A DNA stretch of 64,000 nt from Eledone cirrhosa (lineage: Eukaryota), in the NCBI GenBank assembly GCA_964016885.1, contig OZ024740.1, forward strand, positions 88,474,001 through 88,538,000, written 5' to 3'. Position numbers and translations under genes: made by a program. Positions within the stretch are counted from its first letter, which is position 1. Each line of letters opens with the position of its first letter. The notes under the pieces are model-generated. The model was not told the DNA's origin. It ran no database searches and saw only the letters and a program-made list of their open reading frames with translations. Positions 27,112 through 40,904 of the stretch are shown here, in pieces.

Positions 27112-28019
27112 GTGAGACAGAGAGAGATTAGGGGAAAGAAAAAGAGAATGAATTATGTACATACATAATACATATATATTTTGACGGGTAAACACACAGA
27201 TGTATATGTATATATGTGTATGTCTTTATGAGCTATGTTTCTATGTATATGTTTTCGAGTATGATTCAAACAAAACATCAAAATCAAATTAAAAGTTAAA
27301 CAAACATAAATACAAACGACACGAACACTTTTATAGGAAAATCTCATTTAAACATTGTAAAAATATCAGTGTCTCAAACAAACGGACCATTGAAAAACAT
27401 TACTTTAACATAACTGTAGAAATATAAATTAGGTAGCACAAACTCTCCTAATATATGTAAAAACAAAGTCGATAACGGAAGTATCAGACGTACAAGAAGA
27501 TAGATGTAAAACAGAGAAAAAGGAAACTACCTAATTGGAACGAAAGAGATAAAATCACCCCGAAATCACACAGACAAGCAAAAGACAAAGAACCAAAAAC
27601 GGGCGAACAAGCAATAACATAATTGAAATACAAACTTACAATTCGTATACGTCTAAGAAAAAGAAAGAGAAGTAAATACCAAACATATAATTTAAAGAAA
27701 GGCATGAATTAGCGGAAGTAAAAAGAATAGATAATTGAACGATTTCCAGAGAAAAGCCGTAAGATTTAGCAAACCCGAGAAAAATTAGACGGTCGAAATA
27801 ATATATTCTGTGCGACAAAGTATTAGTAAATGTAAACCACCGAATTAATGTGAAACAATGATTTAAAGAAGACATCACAGAAATGATGGAGCCGCTGAAC
27901 TGTAGGAAGATCAACATCCACGCACACACACATACACAAACACACACACGCACACGCACACACACACACACATACACACGCACACACACATACACACGCA
28001 CACGTGCACACGCACACAT

Positions 28020-28088
<69 letters not shown>

Positions 28089-28327
28089 CACATTTATTAG
28101 AATGCTGTTGAAGTGTGTATACATTTTTGTGTGTTGACACTCGGTATATATATATGTATATATATATATGTGTGTGTGTGTGTTATTTTATATATATATA
28201 TATATATAATTATATATATATATATATATATGCATATGTATATATGTATGTATGTCTATGTATATGTATATGTATATATGCCTATGTATATGTTTTATAT
28301 GTGTGTGTGTGTTTATATATATATATA

Positions 28328-28445
28328 TAGGAAAATGTTTGACCCCGACGGCAGAGCTCAAGCCGTTTCGACGGCTATTTCTGGAGTCCAGAAATAGCCG
28401 GCGAAACCGCTTGAGCTCTGCCGTCGGGGTCAAACATTTTCCTAT
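28328..28445. repeat. About 118-bp near-perfect palindrome beside (TA)n
   Basis: taggaaaatgtttgacccc...ggggtcaaacattttccta, two arm mismatches. Confidence 0.93.
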
Positions 28446-28537
28446 TACCCACTCTACTACTCTAAGTATTGAGTATTCTGGTGCGTTATGGTCCATCTGG
28501 TTCCTTACCACACCTCCTTGATTATATATATATATTT

Positions 28538-28608
<71 letters not shown>

Positions 28609-28711
28609 TTTCGTATCTGCAAAGAAATACAGGTTTAGGAAGCAGTAGCTATGCAAACACCGCGGGGCTAACACCCGCTGATGATGTCCAGCAGAAGCAA
28701 GAGGGACAACC

Positions 28712-28749
28712 GTCTATGCATTTCAGGCTTAACTGGCCTTCGTCAGGAC
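28712..28749 (-). ncRNA. Minimal type I hammerhead ribozyme
   Basis: gtc-CTGACGA-aggccagttaagcct-GAAA-tgca-TA-gac; palindromic ATGCAT; inside a short IR (about 28602-28630 / 28892-28920). Stem I only 3 bp. Confidence 0.7.
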
Positions 28750-29204
28750 TTTCCCTCCCACCGCTTGCGACTGCTGGACTAGAAGACAGCTGAGAATATA
28801 TACTTTTCTCGTCTGTGTAAATGAGGTGATTAATCTCATTTCCATATGAAGCTGAATAATATTTATACATATACATTATGTATAAATATTTTGTATTCTT
28901 TGGAGATACGAAATATTTATACATATTGTGTAAAGCTATGCTTGGAGCGAAATCCTATTACTTTATTTATATATATATATATATAAACAATTAAGTTAAA
29001 GTGTACATCTATATATGTATACGGAAGTATTAGTATGCATATAAATACACATATGTATACATATGTACATGTACCGAGCTTTTCACTAGACACTTTACAG
29101 TGAGTGTCCAGCTAGTCTGTATGTAAACAGACGAACCGGGTTTTAGAGTCATACGAGTTTTCAAGGAAACACATTTCCTCTATTCCCCAGAGAGCCAGAC
29201 AGGA

Positions 29205-29247
29205 ATATTGGACTAGTTTCGATGTTATTACATCTCATCAGCAATAT
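29205..29247 (-). ncRNA. Minimal type I hammerhead ribozyme
   Basis: Reverse complement of the motif at 29801-29843. Confidence 0.9.
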
Positions 29248-29800
29248 ATACCTATCTTTCCGGCTTCTCTGGAGAATTATAAAAGCACATATCGTTATAT
29301 GCTTTTTCTATGAAAATCAGTAGTGGGAAGACTAATTTGCATAGAACGTGAGTCATTGTACGCACCGGTTCAGCGGAAACGATAAAAACGAATAACGAAA
29401 CGAAATTAAATTTCGTATGAAAACTCGTATGACTCTAAAACCCGGTTCGTCTGTTTACATACAGACTAGCTGGACACTCACTGTAAAGTGTCTAGTGAAA
29501 AGCTCGGTACATGTACATATGTATACATATGTGTATTTATATGCATACTAATACTTCCGTATACATATATAGATGTACACTTTAACTTAATTGTTTAAGC
29601 GTCAGTCATACAAAAGTGAGTTAGAAGCGAAACGAAATTTAATTTCGTTTCGTTATTCGTTTTTATCGTTTCCGCTGAACCGGTGCGTACAATGACTCAC
29701 GTTCTATGCAAATTAGTCTGCACACTACTGATTTTCATAGAAAAAGCATATAACGATAAGTGCTTTTATAATTCTCCAGAGAAGCCGGAAAGATAGGTAT

Positions 29801-29843
29801 ATATTGCTGATGAGATGTAATAACATCGAAACTAGTCCAATAT
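29801..29843 (+). ncRNA. Minimal type I hammerhead ribozyme
   Basis: atattg-CTGATGA-gatg taataa catc-GAAA-ctag-TC-caatat; perfect core, GUC triplet. Confidence 0.92.
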
Positions 29844-30125
29844 TCCTGTCGGGCTCTCTGGGGAATAGAGGAAATGTGTTTCCTTGAAAACTCGTATGAC
29901 TCTAAAACCCGGTTCGTCTGTTTACATACAGACTAGCTGGACACTCACTGTAAAGTGTCTAGTGAAAAGCTCGGTACATGTACCTATGTATACATATGTG
30001 TATTTATATACATACTAATACTTCCGTATACATATATAGATGTACACTTTAACTTAATTGCTTAAGCGTCAGTCATACAAAAGTGAGTTAGAAGCGAAAC
30101 GAAACTTAATTTCGTTTCGTTATTC

Positions 30126-30198
<73 letters not shown>

Positions 30199-30201
<3 letters not shown>

Positions 30202-30761
30202 TGGCTGCCAACTCGTTTTCGAGTACGGCGACTACTTTATATCCATGTAGGTGAACCCCTACCGATGCGCTGAACGCGTGTGACTTTTTAGTCCAGCCAG
30301 CGACGAGAACACTCTGGTACAAACACTACATTTGTGACAATTGTTGACACATAGTGCTGGGCCCATGGTACCATGTGACGACTAGTGCAGAGAGATCTGC
30401 CTGTGCCGTGAAGATTTTATAGTGAACAAAGGCACTGCACAAAGCCAGTCCCACTCTCTTAACCAAGATGATATTTACCAAAAAGAAGAACAAGTCAACA
30501 TCATTGGATATCATCAGGGTTGCAGTGTTATATCAGAGCTTTCCTTCTCCTAGAATTCTGCCTTGACAAAGGCTAAGAGGTCATCTCTGCCGCTGATTTT
30601 GGATGACCATTGACTCTTAAGAACTCCTTTGCCCTTTGACAGGTTTTGTTTTTAGTCCTGCAGGATGTCCAAAGTCACCCTCCTCACCAACAAAACTTGG
30701 TGGGGTTGCCAGTTTAGTCGCCAACGACCCGACCATGAGACAGGTTATACTGGGATACATG

Positions 30762-30762
<1 letters not shown>
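30199..30762 (-). mobile_element. About 570-bp non-coding interspersed element in (TA)n; second copy at 58357-58962
   Basis: The two copies are highly similar reverse complements with the same terminus (gagttggcagccacc, then TA repeats). Orientation inferred. Confidence 0.8.
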
Positions 30763-30795
<33 letters not shown>

Positions 30796-30865
30796 CATGT
30801 GTAGATATGTCTATATCTATGTATGTGTGTGTACACATATATATATTTATATATATATATATATA

Positions 30866-31277
30866 ATATAAAATAACAGGAGGCTGGACTGGTGTAATTC
30901 CTTAAAAGGTTTATTATACTATGATCATTTCAATGACCGGGTTCAGTATGAATCTGGTGACATCAACAGGTATTCGAAATATAACAAAGGAATATAATAG
31001 ACAAAATCCATGGGGCTAAAAATCAGAGACATGAGGGTGATCGAACATTTACCACCTTCTAACCCGGTCGGCCGAGCAGGGTAGAAGGTGCTAAATGTAC
31101 GGTCACCCTCTTGTCTCTGATTTAAACACCAAGGATTTTTATCTGCTATATTCCTTCGTCATATCTTGAATTACCTGATGATGTCACCGGATTCATACTG
31201 AACCCGGTCATTGAAATGATCATAGTATAATAAACCTTTTAAGGATTTACACCAGTCCAGCCTCCTGTGATTTTATA
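30866..31277. repeat. About 410-bp imperfect palindrome with a hammerhead in each arm
   Basis: acaggaggctggactggtgtaa...ttacaccagtccagcctcctgt; centre near 31072. Confidence 0.9.
31171..31228 (+). ncRNA. Type I hammerhead with long stem II (mirror 30916-30973 has CTGTTGA)
   Basis: tac-CTGATGA-tgtcaccggattcatactgaacccggtcatt-GAAA-tgatca-TA-gta; palindromic ATGATCAT. Confidence 0.75.
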
Positions 31278-31416
31278 ATAATTAACTCCATACTCGCACC
31301 ACCAACTACACAAACGAAGTCGGGTGTGTTGCATTACGTTGAGTGCTCTCCATTATATTACATCGAGGTTGACCATACGGAATGACCAGTTCTATCCAGT
31401 GGTTAACCAACAAACC

Positions 31417-31470
<54 letters not shown>

Positions 31471-31523
31471 GAGGTTATATTTAATTTTATGTCAATATTT
31501 ATTTATAAAATTATTGTGTATTA

Positions 31524-31589
31524 TATTTTATCTGATGAAAGTTCACCATAATTTGCTTTGGTGGCCCTTGAAATATGTATAATAAAATA
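31524..31589 (+). ncRNA. Type I hammerhead ribozyme
   Basis: tattttat-CTGATGA-aagttcacca..tggtggccctt-GAAA-tatgta-TA-ataaaata; 8-bp stem I. Confidence 0.78.
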
Positions 31590-31661
31590 AATATGGTTTT
31601 ATAAATATAGTTTCCATTTGTTAATATATTGTATATATATATATATATTTAATATAGAAAT

Positions 31662-31712
31662 GGCTTCTACAGGACTAGAACTGTTTCATTCGGAGGAAAT
31701 CATCAGAAAGCC
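31662..31712 (-). ncRNA. Type I hammerhead in a ~115-bp hairpin (degenerate mirror on + at 31714-31754)
   Basis: ggcttt-CTGATGA-tttcctccgaat-GAAA-cag ttctagtc ctg-TA-gaagcc. Confidence 0.8.
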
Positions 31713-31957
31713 AATGATGAAAGCCGAATGAAACAGTTCTAGTCCTGTAGAAGCCATTTCTATTTTAAATTATTTTTACTTTGCTATGTATTGAGTACCT
31801 TACTTACTGTGGTTATCCCCGATTTAAACCGGGATCTACATATATATATATATATATATACACACATACCAAACAAGTAGTTTATCGCTCTACATGGCTG
31901 AATGCCATAATTGTAATCTGAGTTTTTCAAATATTATTGTGTTTGCATGTAAAGAGA

Positions 31958-32004
31958 ACTGTAGACACTAATGTTTCTGGGTGGTTACCCTTCATCAGTG
32001 CAGT
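31958..32004 (-). ncRNA. Type I hammerhead inside a ~360-bp partial tandem unit
   Basis: actgca-CTGATGA-agggtaaccaccca-GAAA-cattagtg-TC-tacagt; direct repeat at about 31878-31936 and 32233-32291. Confidence 0.8.
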
Positions 32005-32393
32005 ATACTACTTACTTGCCAACTGTCAGAGCAACAGAAAATATATGATACCTTCTAAAATATACAGTGACTGATCAACCTGATTTGTATATTAGCAGAC
32101 TGCCTGACCAGTCAGATGTGCATATTAGGATATCCATTGATCAGCCAGATTTGCATATCAGTAGATAGGCCTGTCAGTTTCATGTATACGAGTGATTAAT
32201 AGCCTGCTTTACCCTATTCAAATAACAAAAAATAGTTAATCGCTCTACATGGTTGGATACAATACATATAATCTGAGTTTTTCGAATATTAATAATAATA
32301 TTCGATTCGTTTGCAATTATGCAAACAGCATCTTTAAAAGCCGTATTAGTAGAATGACCCCTTCATTCTTGATCTTGTGTTAGCATGTAAACG

Positions 32394-32427
<34 letters not shown>

Positions 32428-32600
32428 TATCGAAATGTATCAAAGAGAGAAAAAGTGAGAGAGAGAGAGAGTGAGAGAGAACGATAATGTAAGAGATAAA
32501 GAGAAAGAGAGAGAGAGCGAATGAGCGAGAGAAAGGGAGAGAGAGAAGATGAGAGAGAGAGAGAGAGAGAGAGGTTCACAAGAATAATTACTATTATTAA

Positions 32601-32671
32601 TACGGGGTCGATAAAATAAAGTACCAGTAATGTACTGGATAATTGCTGGCCTTGTGCCAAAAGTAGAAACA
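32601..32671 (+). mobile_element. tRNA-SINE 3' fragment
   Basis: acggggtcgataaaataaagtaccag...ccttgtgccaaaagtagaaaca followed by attatt. Confidence 0.88.
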
Positions 32672-33144
32672 ATTATTATAATTATGTTTAGAAAATGTAG
32701 AAAATTATGTTTCGAAATGTGGTCAACCGCCGCAACAGAGAATCGAACTCCGTTCCTGTCAAACCATTGATCAAAACAACCCCTGTGGATATTTACCGTA
32801 TAGATAGTAGCTAAATAATCAGCTTTTTATATGTAACAGCGTTTGGAAATAAACATTGGAGAATCAATTGAGTTGAAATATTTAGGAAATGTAGAAAATC
32901 TCGAACGCGTGAAATAACTATGGTGGTTGCCAGTCACTTTTTCTGTCTATAGTAGTATTTTACCCGATAATCTAATCTCATATTTATACCAATCATATGT
33001 GTTCACAGTTATTTCCCGTCTTCGACATTTTCTACATGTTCTAATCATTTCAACTCATTCGAAACTCCGATATCTATCTTATAATGTCGTTACACTTAAA
33101 TCATTATTGTTGGCAGTATCAATAGAGAGTCGTACAACCTGTTT

Positions 33145-33310
33145 TATTGCATAGAGTTATGGCCCTTTACATTCTGAGTTCAAATTCCGCCGAGGTTAAC
33201 TTTGCCTTTCATCCTTACGGGGACGTTAAAATAAAGTCACGCACTGGGGTCGATTTAATCGACTTTCCCCTCCCCTCAATTTGATGGCCTTGTGCCTATA
33301 TAAGAAACCA
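33145..33310 (+). mobile_element. Variant tRNA-SINE with a different 3' segment
   Basis: B box gagttcaaattcc and shared core, then ctggggtcgatttaatcgact...ccttgtgcctatataagaaacc-attatt. Confidence 0.82.
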
Positions 33311-33325
33311 TTATTACTCTACTAA

Positions 33326-35070
33326 ATGCAGCGTTCAAAATTTTGGCCAAGGCCGGTGCTTGTCGGTTGTCAGTTTGGTGTGTCGCAGACATGTGCCATT
33401 CCGAAGAGATCCATCCACGAAAAATTTCACCTCATGCGATACATCATTGGGAGGGTGGCTAAGAAACCTGACACTGTTGGAGCACTGATCAACTTAGATC
33501 AATCGAAGGCAATCGATATGATCGACAATCAGTATATGGCGGAGGTCCTTAAAGCCACCGGATTTGGGCCCGTTTATGCGCTCTGTCCACCAAAGTTGTC
33601 TCTTCTCGTCCCTGTTGTCTGTGTTGATTCTCGAGCCACTACTACACAAATTGGGGACGTTGAGGGGCTTCCTGCGCGAACTAGGACATGGGAGATCTCT
33701 GTCAGCACACACCGACGACATCACCGTAGTAGTGTCGAGTAGCAAACAAATTAAGGTCATCGGCACTACTCTATGGTAATACGAAGTACTGACAGGAGTG
33801 ATAAATAACCAAGAAAAGTCGATGAGTCCATGTCGTCCAACAGCGTCCTCGGGTACTAGATCGATGGACTGGTTAAATTGCTCATGATCTGGTTTGGTCC
33901 TCATCTTCAAATAGACAAGATTGGGAAGAGATAACGAACAGGGTGGGCACTCACACCTAGAAATGGGCTGAGAGGAAGGTATCTCTAAAAGGTCGGGTAG
34001 GGGTGGCGAATACGTGCCTTGTCCCAAGCAGCGGTTGCACTGGGGCGTTAAATCTTTCACTTGTTGTGGAAAGGATGTGTAGCGATCGTCAAGCACTCCA
34101 TATGCTGTCAATAGCCACTGCATGTAGAACTGGGAATGCCGTGTCTGATGATGCACAAACCTGCACTCAGGTTAAAACGTCTTCAGTGTTTCCTTAACAG
34201 TAGCCGCCGTTTACTAGACACGTTTTTTTCCTAGCTCGTCTCCTTGACAGAGCACCCGTCATGAGTCAAGCGGCGACTGAGAGGGAATGCTTAGAAACTA
34301 AAATGTCTTCAAGCGGTCACAACCCTCTACCAATCGGCAGTGCGATCAGTGGAAACGCCACCTTGCCGTTCTATAGAGAGTTATTGGCGGATGAAAGCAA
34401 GGACGTTTCTGTGCAAACTATGGGCATTGATTAAAACCAACTAACCACTCTTAGAGAGGACACTCAATCCAGGGCCCATGAATACTATCCAGAAAGCCCT
34501 GACTTGACGCTGCTACTGCGGAACTTTGACAGTTCGTGATAAACTTTATAGGCATGGAAGTGCGTCAGACGGACCTATCCGAGATGTGTACGAAGAGAAA
34601 AACCGTCCTGCACACACTTACTAATTGTCCGAGCATTGCTGACGTGCGGGTTTATGTCGAACACATGCTGTCACGTGTAGGACGGGAGTCAATTGTGAAT
34701 ATCGCGCGGCACATTTCTTAACCAAGGAAGGGCTGACCGTTTTTTCTCTGCCTGGTGGCCATGGTGAAAGAGGTTGTATCGGAGACACAACTAAATTGGT
34801 TGAAGACAAGTACTGACTAACTTTTTCTGGTTTCACTTAAAGACGAAAATCAGTGTGGAGAGGGAAATACTGCATACTAGCCAGATGTTCGAAAGGCGAG
34901 CATTAACCGAGTGTGTACTTGTTGATTAGAGGAGGACAAGAGGGACAAGACACTTGCCCTAGAGATTATGGTACCCGTGGTTTTATGGGTTTTTTCCATG
35001 TAAAACTCTTGAACGTCTCCTCCCCATTGAGGAATTCCTCTGATTAATTTCTTTTATTGTTACCTATCTT
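33326..35070 (+). mobile_element. Old decayed Tx1 3' half
   Basis: QTCAIPKRSIHEKFHLMRYII, ALINLDQSKA, HTDDITVVVS; 3' UTR similar to the young copies. Confidence 0.85.
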
Positions 35071-35089
35071 GATATCATTATTGTTAAAG

Positions 35090-35638
35090 TGCGGTGGAAT
35101 GGCAGTATCGGTAGAGGGTCGGACGCCATGCTTTCTAGCATAGTTACGTCCCTTTACGATCTGAGTTCAAATCCCGCCGAGGTTGACTTTGCCTTTCATC
35201 CTTACGGGGTCGATAAAATAAAAGTACCAGTAATGCACTGGGTAATTTGCTGGCCTTGTGCCTAAAGTAGAAACAATTATTGTTAAAGTGCGGTGGATTG
35301 GCAGTATCGGTAGAGGGTCGGACGCTATGCTTTGACGCATTGAGTTACAGCCTTTGCCATTCTGAGTTCAAATCCCGCCGAGGTTAACTTTGCCTTTCAT
35401 CCTTACGGGGTCGAAAAAATAAAGTGCCAGTAATCCACTGGGTAATTGCTGGCCTTGTGCCAAATGTATAAACAATTATTGTTAAAGGGCGGTGGATTGG
35501 CAGTATCGGTAGAGCGTCAGACACCATACTTTGCAGCATAGAGTTATGGCCCTTTGCGTTTCATCCTTACGAGGTAGATAAAATTAAGCACCAGTAATTC
35601 ACGGAGGCAATGCTGGCCTTGTGCGAAAAATAGAAACT
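35090..35638 (+). mobile_element. Three tRNA-SINEs in head-to-tail tandem
   Basis: Units start near 35090, 35288 and 35488, each bounded by attattgttaa(ag). Confidence 0.92.
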
Positions 35639-35699
35639 ATTATTGTTAACACTGTTTGCACGCAAAACTCACACAGCGACTCACACACACACACACTTA

Positions 35700-35746
<47 letters not shown>

Positions 35747-35765
35747 ACACACACACATACACACA

Positions 35766-35804
<39 letters not shown>

Positions 35805-38800
35805 TTACACACACTCTATATTTTAAGCCTGTGTTACTGTAATATTTTCTTAATGTAAACCCTTTGTGCTGAATTCTTACAACTAGTCAAATGTCACTTA
35901 ACGTTTTCAAATAATACACATTTGAAGATGTAGTCATAAACATCCCTTATAATTTTTAGATGGTATACCGAAACTAAATCCCAGATATTTCATAATATTT
36001 ATATCCATATATTTATATTAATAAATATTAAGGATATACTATGCAATTATAAAGTTCAGTGTAATTTGTGTCTGCATTATCTCCAGTATATAGTGGTGGT
36101 TATAGGTGGTTTTGACTAAGCACAACGATGTTGAAAGTGTCCAAGCTATGATTTCCCTGTCTTTTATTTCTAGCCTTATGTATCTAAGAGTAAAATATCT
36201 AATGTGTTCTTCCCCGAAGACAGTAGTAGACTACAGTCTGAGGGAAATTAGTCTGCTATTTTTATAGGGTAATTTTGTTTTCACTGTTTAACGAAAAATT
36301 AGAGGCTGTACCCATGAAACATTCAGAGCTTCAAAGACTGAAGAAAGTGAGGAAGAAAGGTGTACTTAATCCTAAGATCTAGTCCAAATTCTTGCACAGT
36401 GGACTCAATTCACTTTATCTAAATATCAAGAGGTGGTGTAAAACAAGGCTTATGGATTAAGGCTATACACAAAAGTAAGTCTACCACCGAAGGAAAGTAT
36501 CTCCCTCAATATTAAGTGTATAATAATAAAAGGAAAATACAAATTGCAAAGAGTTAATAACACTTTTTTGCTATTTCTATTTTCGAATTTTCACTATATT
36601 CTTGTATAAACCTCTTATTTGATCAATTCCTGAGCAGCATTGGTATATTTGCTTATGAAGCATATTTTCACTTCTACGGGAAATTCTTTGAATGAAGACA
36701 ATGAATAAGTTCTCTATCTCTATGCAAGGCAATATAATTAGTTCTATGATCATTTTCTGTATTTGATAATCCTTAGTGTTTGGATTAGTTTTCCCGTAAT
36801 TTTCTTTGATGTCATTCGATAGTAATTTACTTTTAAAATCGCATTCTCTTGTAAACTGACACGACATTCTCTTCCGATCAGATCGTCTGGAATTCTTCAG
36901 GCGTAATACATTCTTCAAAGCTGAAGTACTATCCAGGTTTCTTTGTATCTACCACTAAAGGATGCATATTAAGTGTCAATATTCTTCCACTTCTTGCTAA
37001 CCGTAGGCTATATTTATAAATATATTTTAACTTCTATGTGTATAACTCGTTGATATCACTTGTTATATTTCACAATCTATGGAAATGAAATTTATTCTGG
37101 TTCTTTATGCTCTATGTACAAATGCATCTGTGACCTACATTAGTAGCAGACATAATCCGTTATCCACTTTAAACTATCTTTGGGTGAAATCATTCGAGTC
37201 TTCAATTCGAGGCAACTTCCTTCCCTCCATCTCACCAGCTATAGATGCCACGAGAATGATTCATGGGAACTTGCAAGATTCAAGTGTGCTTTTTAACTAT
37301 ATTTAAGACAACCCGTTCTTTTACAAGTGGGATGTATATAACTCATAGACAATAGGTCTGATTTATAAAGATCTATGAAAATAAAGCTTAAACTTTTCTA
37401 TTAGGTAAGAAATGCTAGTCATAATTTTGAATACCTTATGGATGCAGTAATGGCAGATTGTCAATAAGTTCTCTTCACATTCATAAGGTCTCGAATTCTC
37501 TTCCTCTATATGTCATCTTGAAAAAATGTTATTTACTATAGCCTCGGATCTACCCAAGCACTGTGACAAATATTGTATAGAAGAAATTGTTCGGAAACTC
37601 GTCGGATGATCTGTACACTTAATTCATACACAGCCATGCTGTATCTCCCCGAATTACACAGCCACTTGTACATACATTTAACGAGAAAGCTGTTCCATTG
37701 ACCGAGAAACACTTGTCGAAGCTGACGGAGGTTCATTTTAGTAATTCCCATTTTGAGCATGTGTGCATTTGAAGAGATAAGATGCACAGTTTTCTGGTCA
37801 GTATCCTATTTCTCTTATTCAAGTTACATGTCGGAACATGTCTTCAGTTCATTAGGTATCCATATACGAACAGTACTTTGTTATTTTTATTGACCCTGGC
37901 AAATACTAAACTACCCATATATTCATAATAATCTCTACAGGCAGGATTTATTAATTTCTTGTCATATTCCTATAATCTGTTACATTTCATTGTCAAACCT
38001 CTCTATATTTTAATTCCAAATCCCTTCCCTTGTCATTGGTAAACACATTAATCATGTTCAATATTTGAGTTAGTTTAACCCTGAAGCTGTGCAAACACAC
38101 TTCTAAGTCGTCCATTAATTGAACATTATTACGTTTATACAGCTATTCCCTCACTTGATGCTCATGATTTTCTTTTAACTATTAATGCTTCTGCTACCAT
38201 CGATATTGATTTCCAACAGTGGCACGAAGCCGCAAACTTTAGAGAACGCTACAGTCTATTTAATATACCCCCATTACTTGATTGGTGTTTATTTAATCGA
38301 CACTGGGGAGAATGAATAGAAAATTCTACATCCGGCATATTTGAATTCAACGTAAAGAAATGAAATTAAATGCAAAAATCCGCTTTGTCGAGTGCTCTTG
38401 AGTCTTCGAACCACCATCGCTAGTGGTGTTATGTATATAAATGCAATGAGTGACATTATGAACTAGAACAATTATTGCTTAAATATCCTTATTTCAGCAG
38501 CAGAAGTTCGAACTCGTGTGCATGATCATTCTCACATTTAATAGAAGTTTCAAGGCTCTTTGAATAGAAACATTATTATGATTTTATTTTTACACTATCC
38601 ATGTTATTCCAAATTTAACGTTGCATCAGCAATCCTTCGCATCTTGCGAGTTTTTCAAAATAATGTAAAGAAATGAAGAAAAAAAAAACATTGTAGTTTG
38701 AGTTTTACCCCCAAAACTTTTGTGATGGTTCTTTTAATAGTAGTTTTAATTGTCATCTAGTATTTACCTTTGTGTGACTGTCCTAGCACAAGATAGCCGA

Positions 38801-40242
38801 AGTAGATAAGGGTATCTATTCATAGAATACGTGTTCCACTGAAGGTGTTTCATTATCTTTCTTTTTATTCTAGCTTGTCCAGTTACCCTACATCTATGAG
38901 GATTCATATGGGAATTTTAGCTCTGATGAATCGTCATTCTATGAAAGATGTGATTTATATCTCGGCTATTTAATGACATTAAAACTCAGCTTTAAACTGT
39001 CCCTTACCGAAGCCTCAGGATATAGGAAGCATTTCCATTTATTGTAATATTCATTTAGATTTAGAATATCGATTTCTGATCACAAGGGATTTATGTCAAT
39101 AAAGAGACTTATTTACTAACTCTATTTTGATAACTACAGGTTTTCCTTAATCTTCTTATCAGTTTGCATAGGCTCGTCTATAATATTCTGGCTAGATAAA
39201 TTTAAACGATAATTCCAAGTGAAAAATTGTACATTTTATTTTCAGCCCTGATCTAGTTGTGTTTATATATTTCTCAGTAAATATGTTTATTGAACTCACT
39301 CAAGTACACTGACATAGTTTATGTCTATTGCTTCCAGTACACACCGCACATATTATCACTTATTATGATCAGACGTATTATTTGTAAATTCTAATTTATT
39401 CTAGAATTATAAACATGTTTTAAAATTTGCAATCGAACTCACTTTCTTGTATATTTTAACCTATCCGTGTGGTACTAATATTCTGGAGGTTCATTTAGCC
39501 AGCGTTCTGCAGTTTATACCAAGGGCATTTCTTGCTATGGTTTCCCATAATTGCTTTTTAATCTGGTTTATGATTCTTATCTTTATATCCTTCTTTCAAT
39601 TATAGGTATCAACTCCATTATTCGTCGAAACAATATCTAAATATACTTGCTCTGAAATTTGAAGTAATTCTATTTCATTAAGCTTTTTATAAATCTATAC
39701 ATGATTAAAAATTCTTGTTATATAAGTATTTGTTTTGTAAGATTTTTTAATATGAAATCCTGTATTGAAATCGATATTTTTATATTTGGGAAGGGCCATA
39801 TTGTTATAATATTGCCAGAAAAATATAGTAAAACACACTCACTGTTTGTTTTAGTTTGGTATTTTTATGTAGTATATTTTTATGTATTTTTATCTTTAAT
39901 TCAGCTGGCATTCAATGATTATCATTGATTGACCAACATTTAAAATATAGTTTCTCAGAGTTCTTTCGTATTTCAATATTTAGTATAACACCCTTCATAA
40001 TTTAAATATATATTTTTTACTCTGAATGTTGAGCATTATCAAATCCTAGAGTCGTACCCATAGAGATACATTTTTAGATTTTGTTGAATTCTCAAAAGAT
40101 TTCCGTCGATTATGGAGATTTTACAAACCGAGGAAAAGCCATCATGCATAAAAGTTGGTAACATTCATTTCTGATAATGGGGAGTATACACACACACACA
40201 CACACACACACCCACACACACACATACACACACACACACACA

Positions 40243-40337
<95 letters not shown>

Positions 40338-40717
40338 TCACATTTTCTTACGAAACACTGATCCATGTTCAACGAAAATAGGTAAACAATATAAAAGTTT
40401 AATCAAATACATGTATGCATACGTATAAGATATTTCGAGATTAGAATATATCAGATATTTCTGCACAGATGCTTACTTCGTCACCGATATTAGATTCCAT
40501 TTTTCTTTTCTTTTGAAAAAGGGGCCCTAATCTGAAATAACATAAAATATCAGTTAAAAGTGTAAATTGATGTTTTGTTTTGTCTTACGTTACTTCCATT
40601 TTACTCATTTGTTTCTAACTTACACTATACTGACTTTTAATTTCAATATTTATTTTTGAGTGCGAATGTTCAGCATTATCAATTCCATGAGTCGTACCCA
40701 TACAGATTAATTTTGAG

Positions 40718-40904
40718 GGCGGTGGATTGGCAGTATCGGTAGAGGGTCGGACGCCATGCTTTGCAGCATAGAGTTACGGCCCTTAACGGTCTGAGTTCAG
40801 ATCCCACCGAAGTTAACTTTGCCATTCATACTTACGGGTTCGATGAAATAAAATACCAGTAATACACTGGTATAATTGCTGGCCTTGTGCCAAAAGTAGA
40901 AACA
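40718..40904 (+). mobile_element. tRNA-SINE, full length
   Basis: ggcggtggattggcagtatcggtagag...agtagaaaca; tatactgacttttaat repeated at about 40626 and 40907. Confidence 0.92.

Larger units (their letters stand above)
28984..30128. repeat. Inverted arm plus about 1.5 tandem 467-bp units in (TA)n; hammerhead-bearing
   Basis: Left arm 28984-29417 is the reverse complement of the right part; direct repeat at 29419 and 29886. Confidence 0.93.

Noticed and set aside
28678-28710. Plus-strand CTGATGA with tgtcc/ggaca stem
   Set aside because: No GAAA follows; the credible motif is on the minus strand.
38922-38965. CTGATGA...GAAA hammerhead look-alike
   Set aside because: No convincing stem I or stem II.
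36100-39000. Possible ancient LINE on the minus strand (IAGEMEGRK-like scrap near 37230)
   Set aside because: Too decayed to support by eye; needs a translated HMM search.
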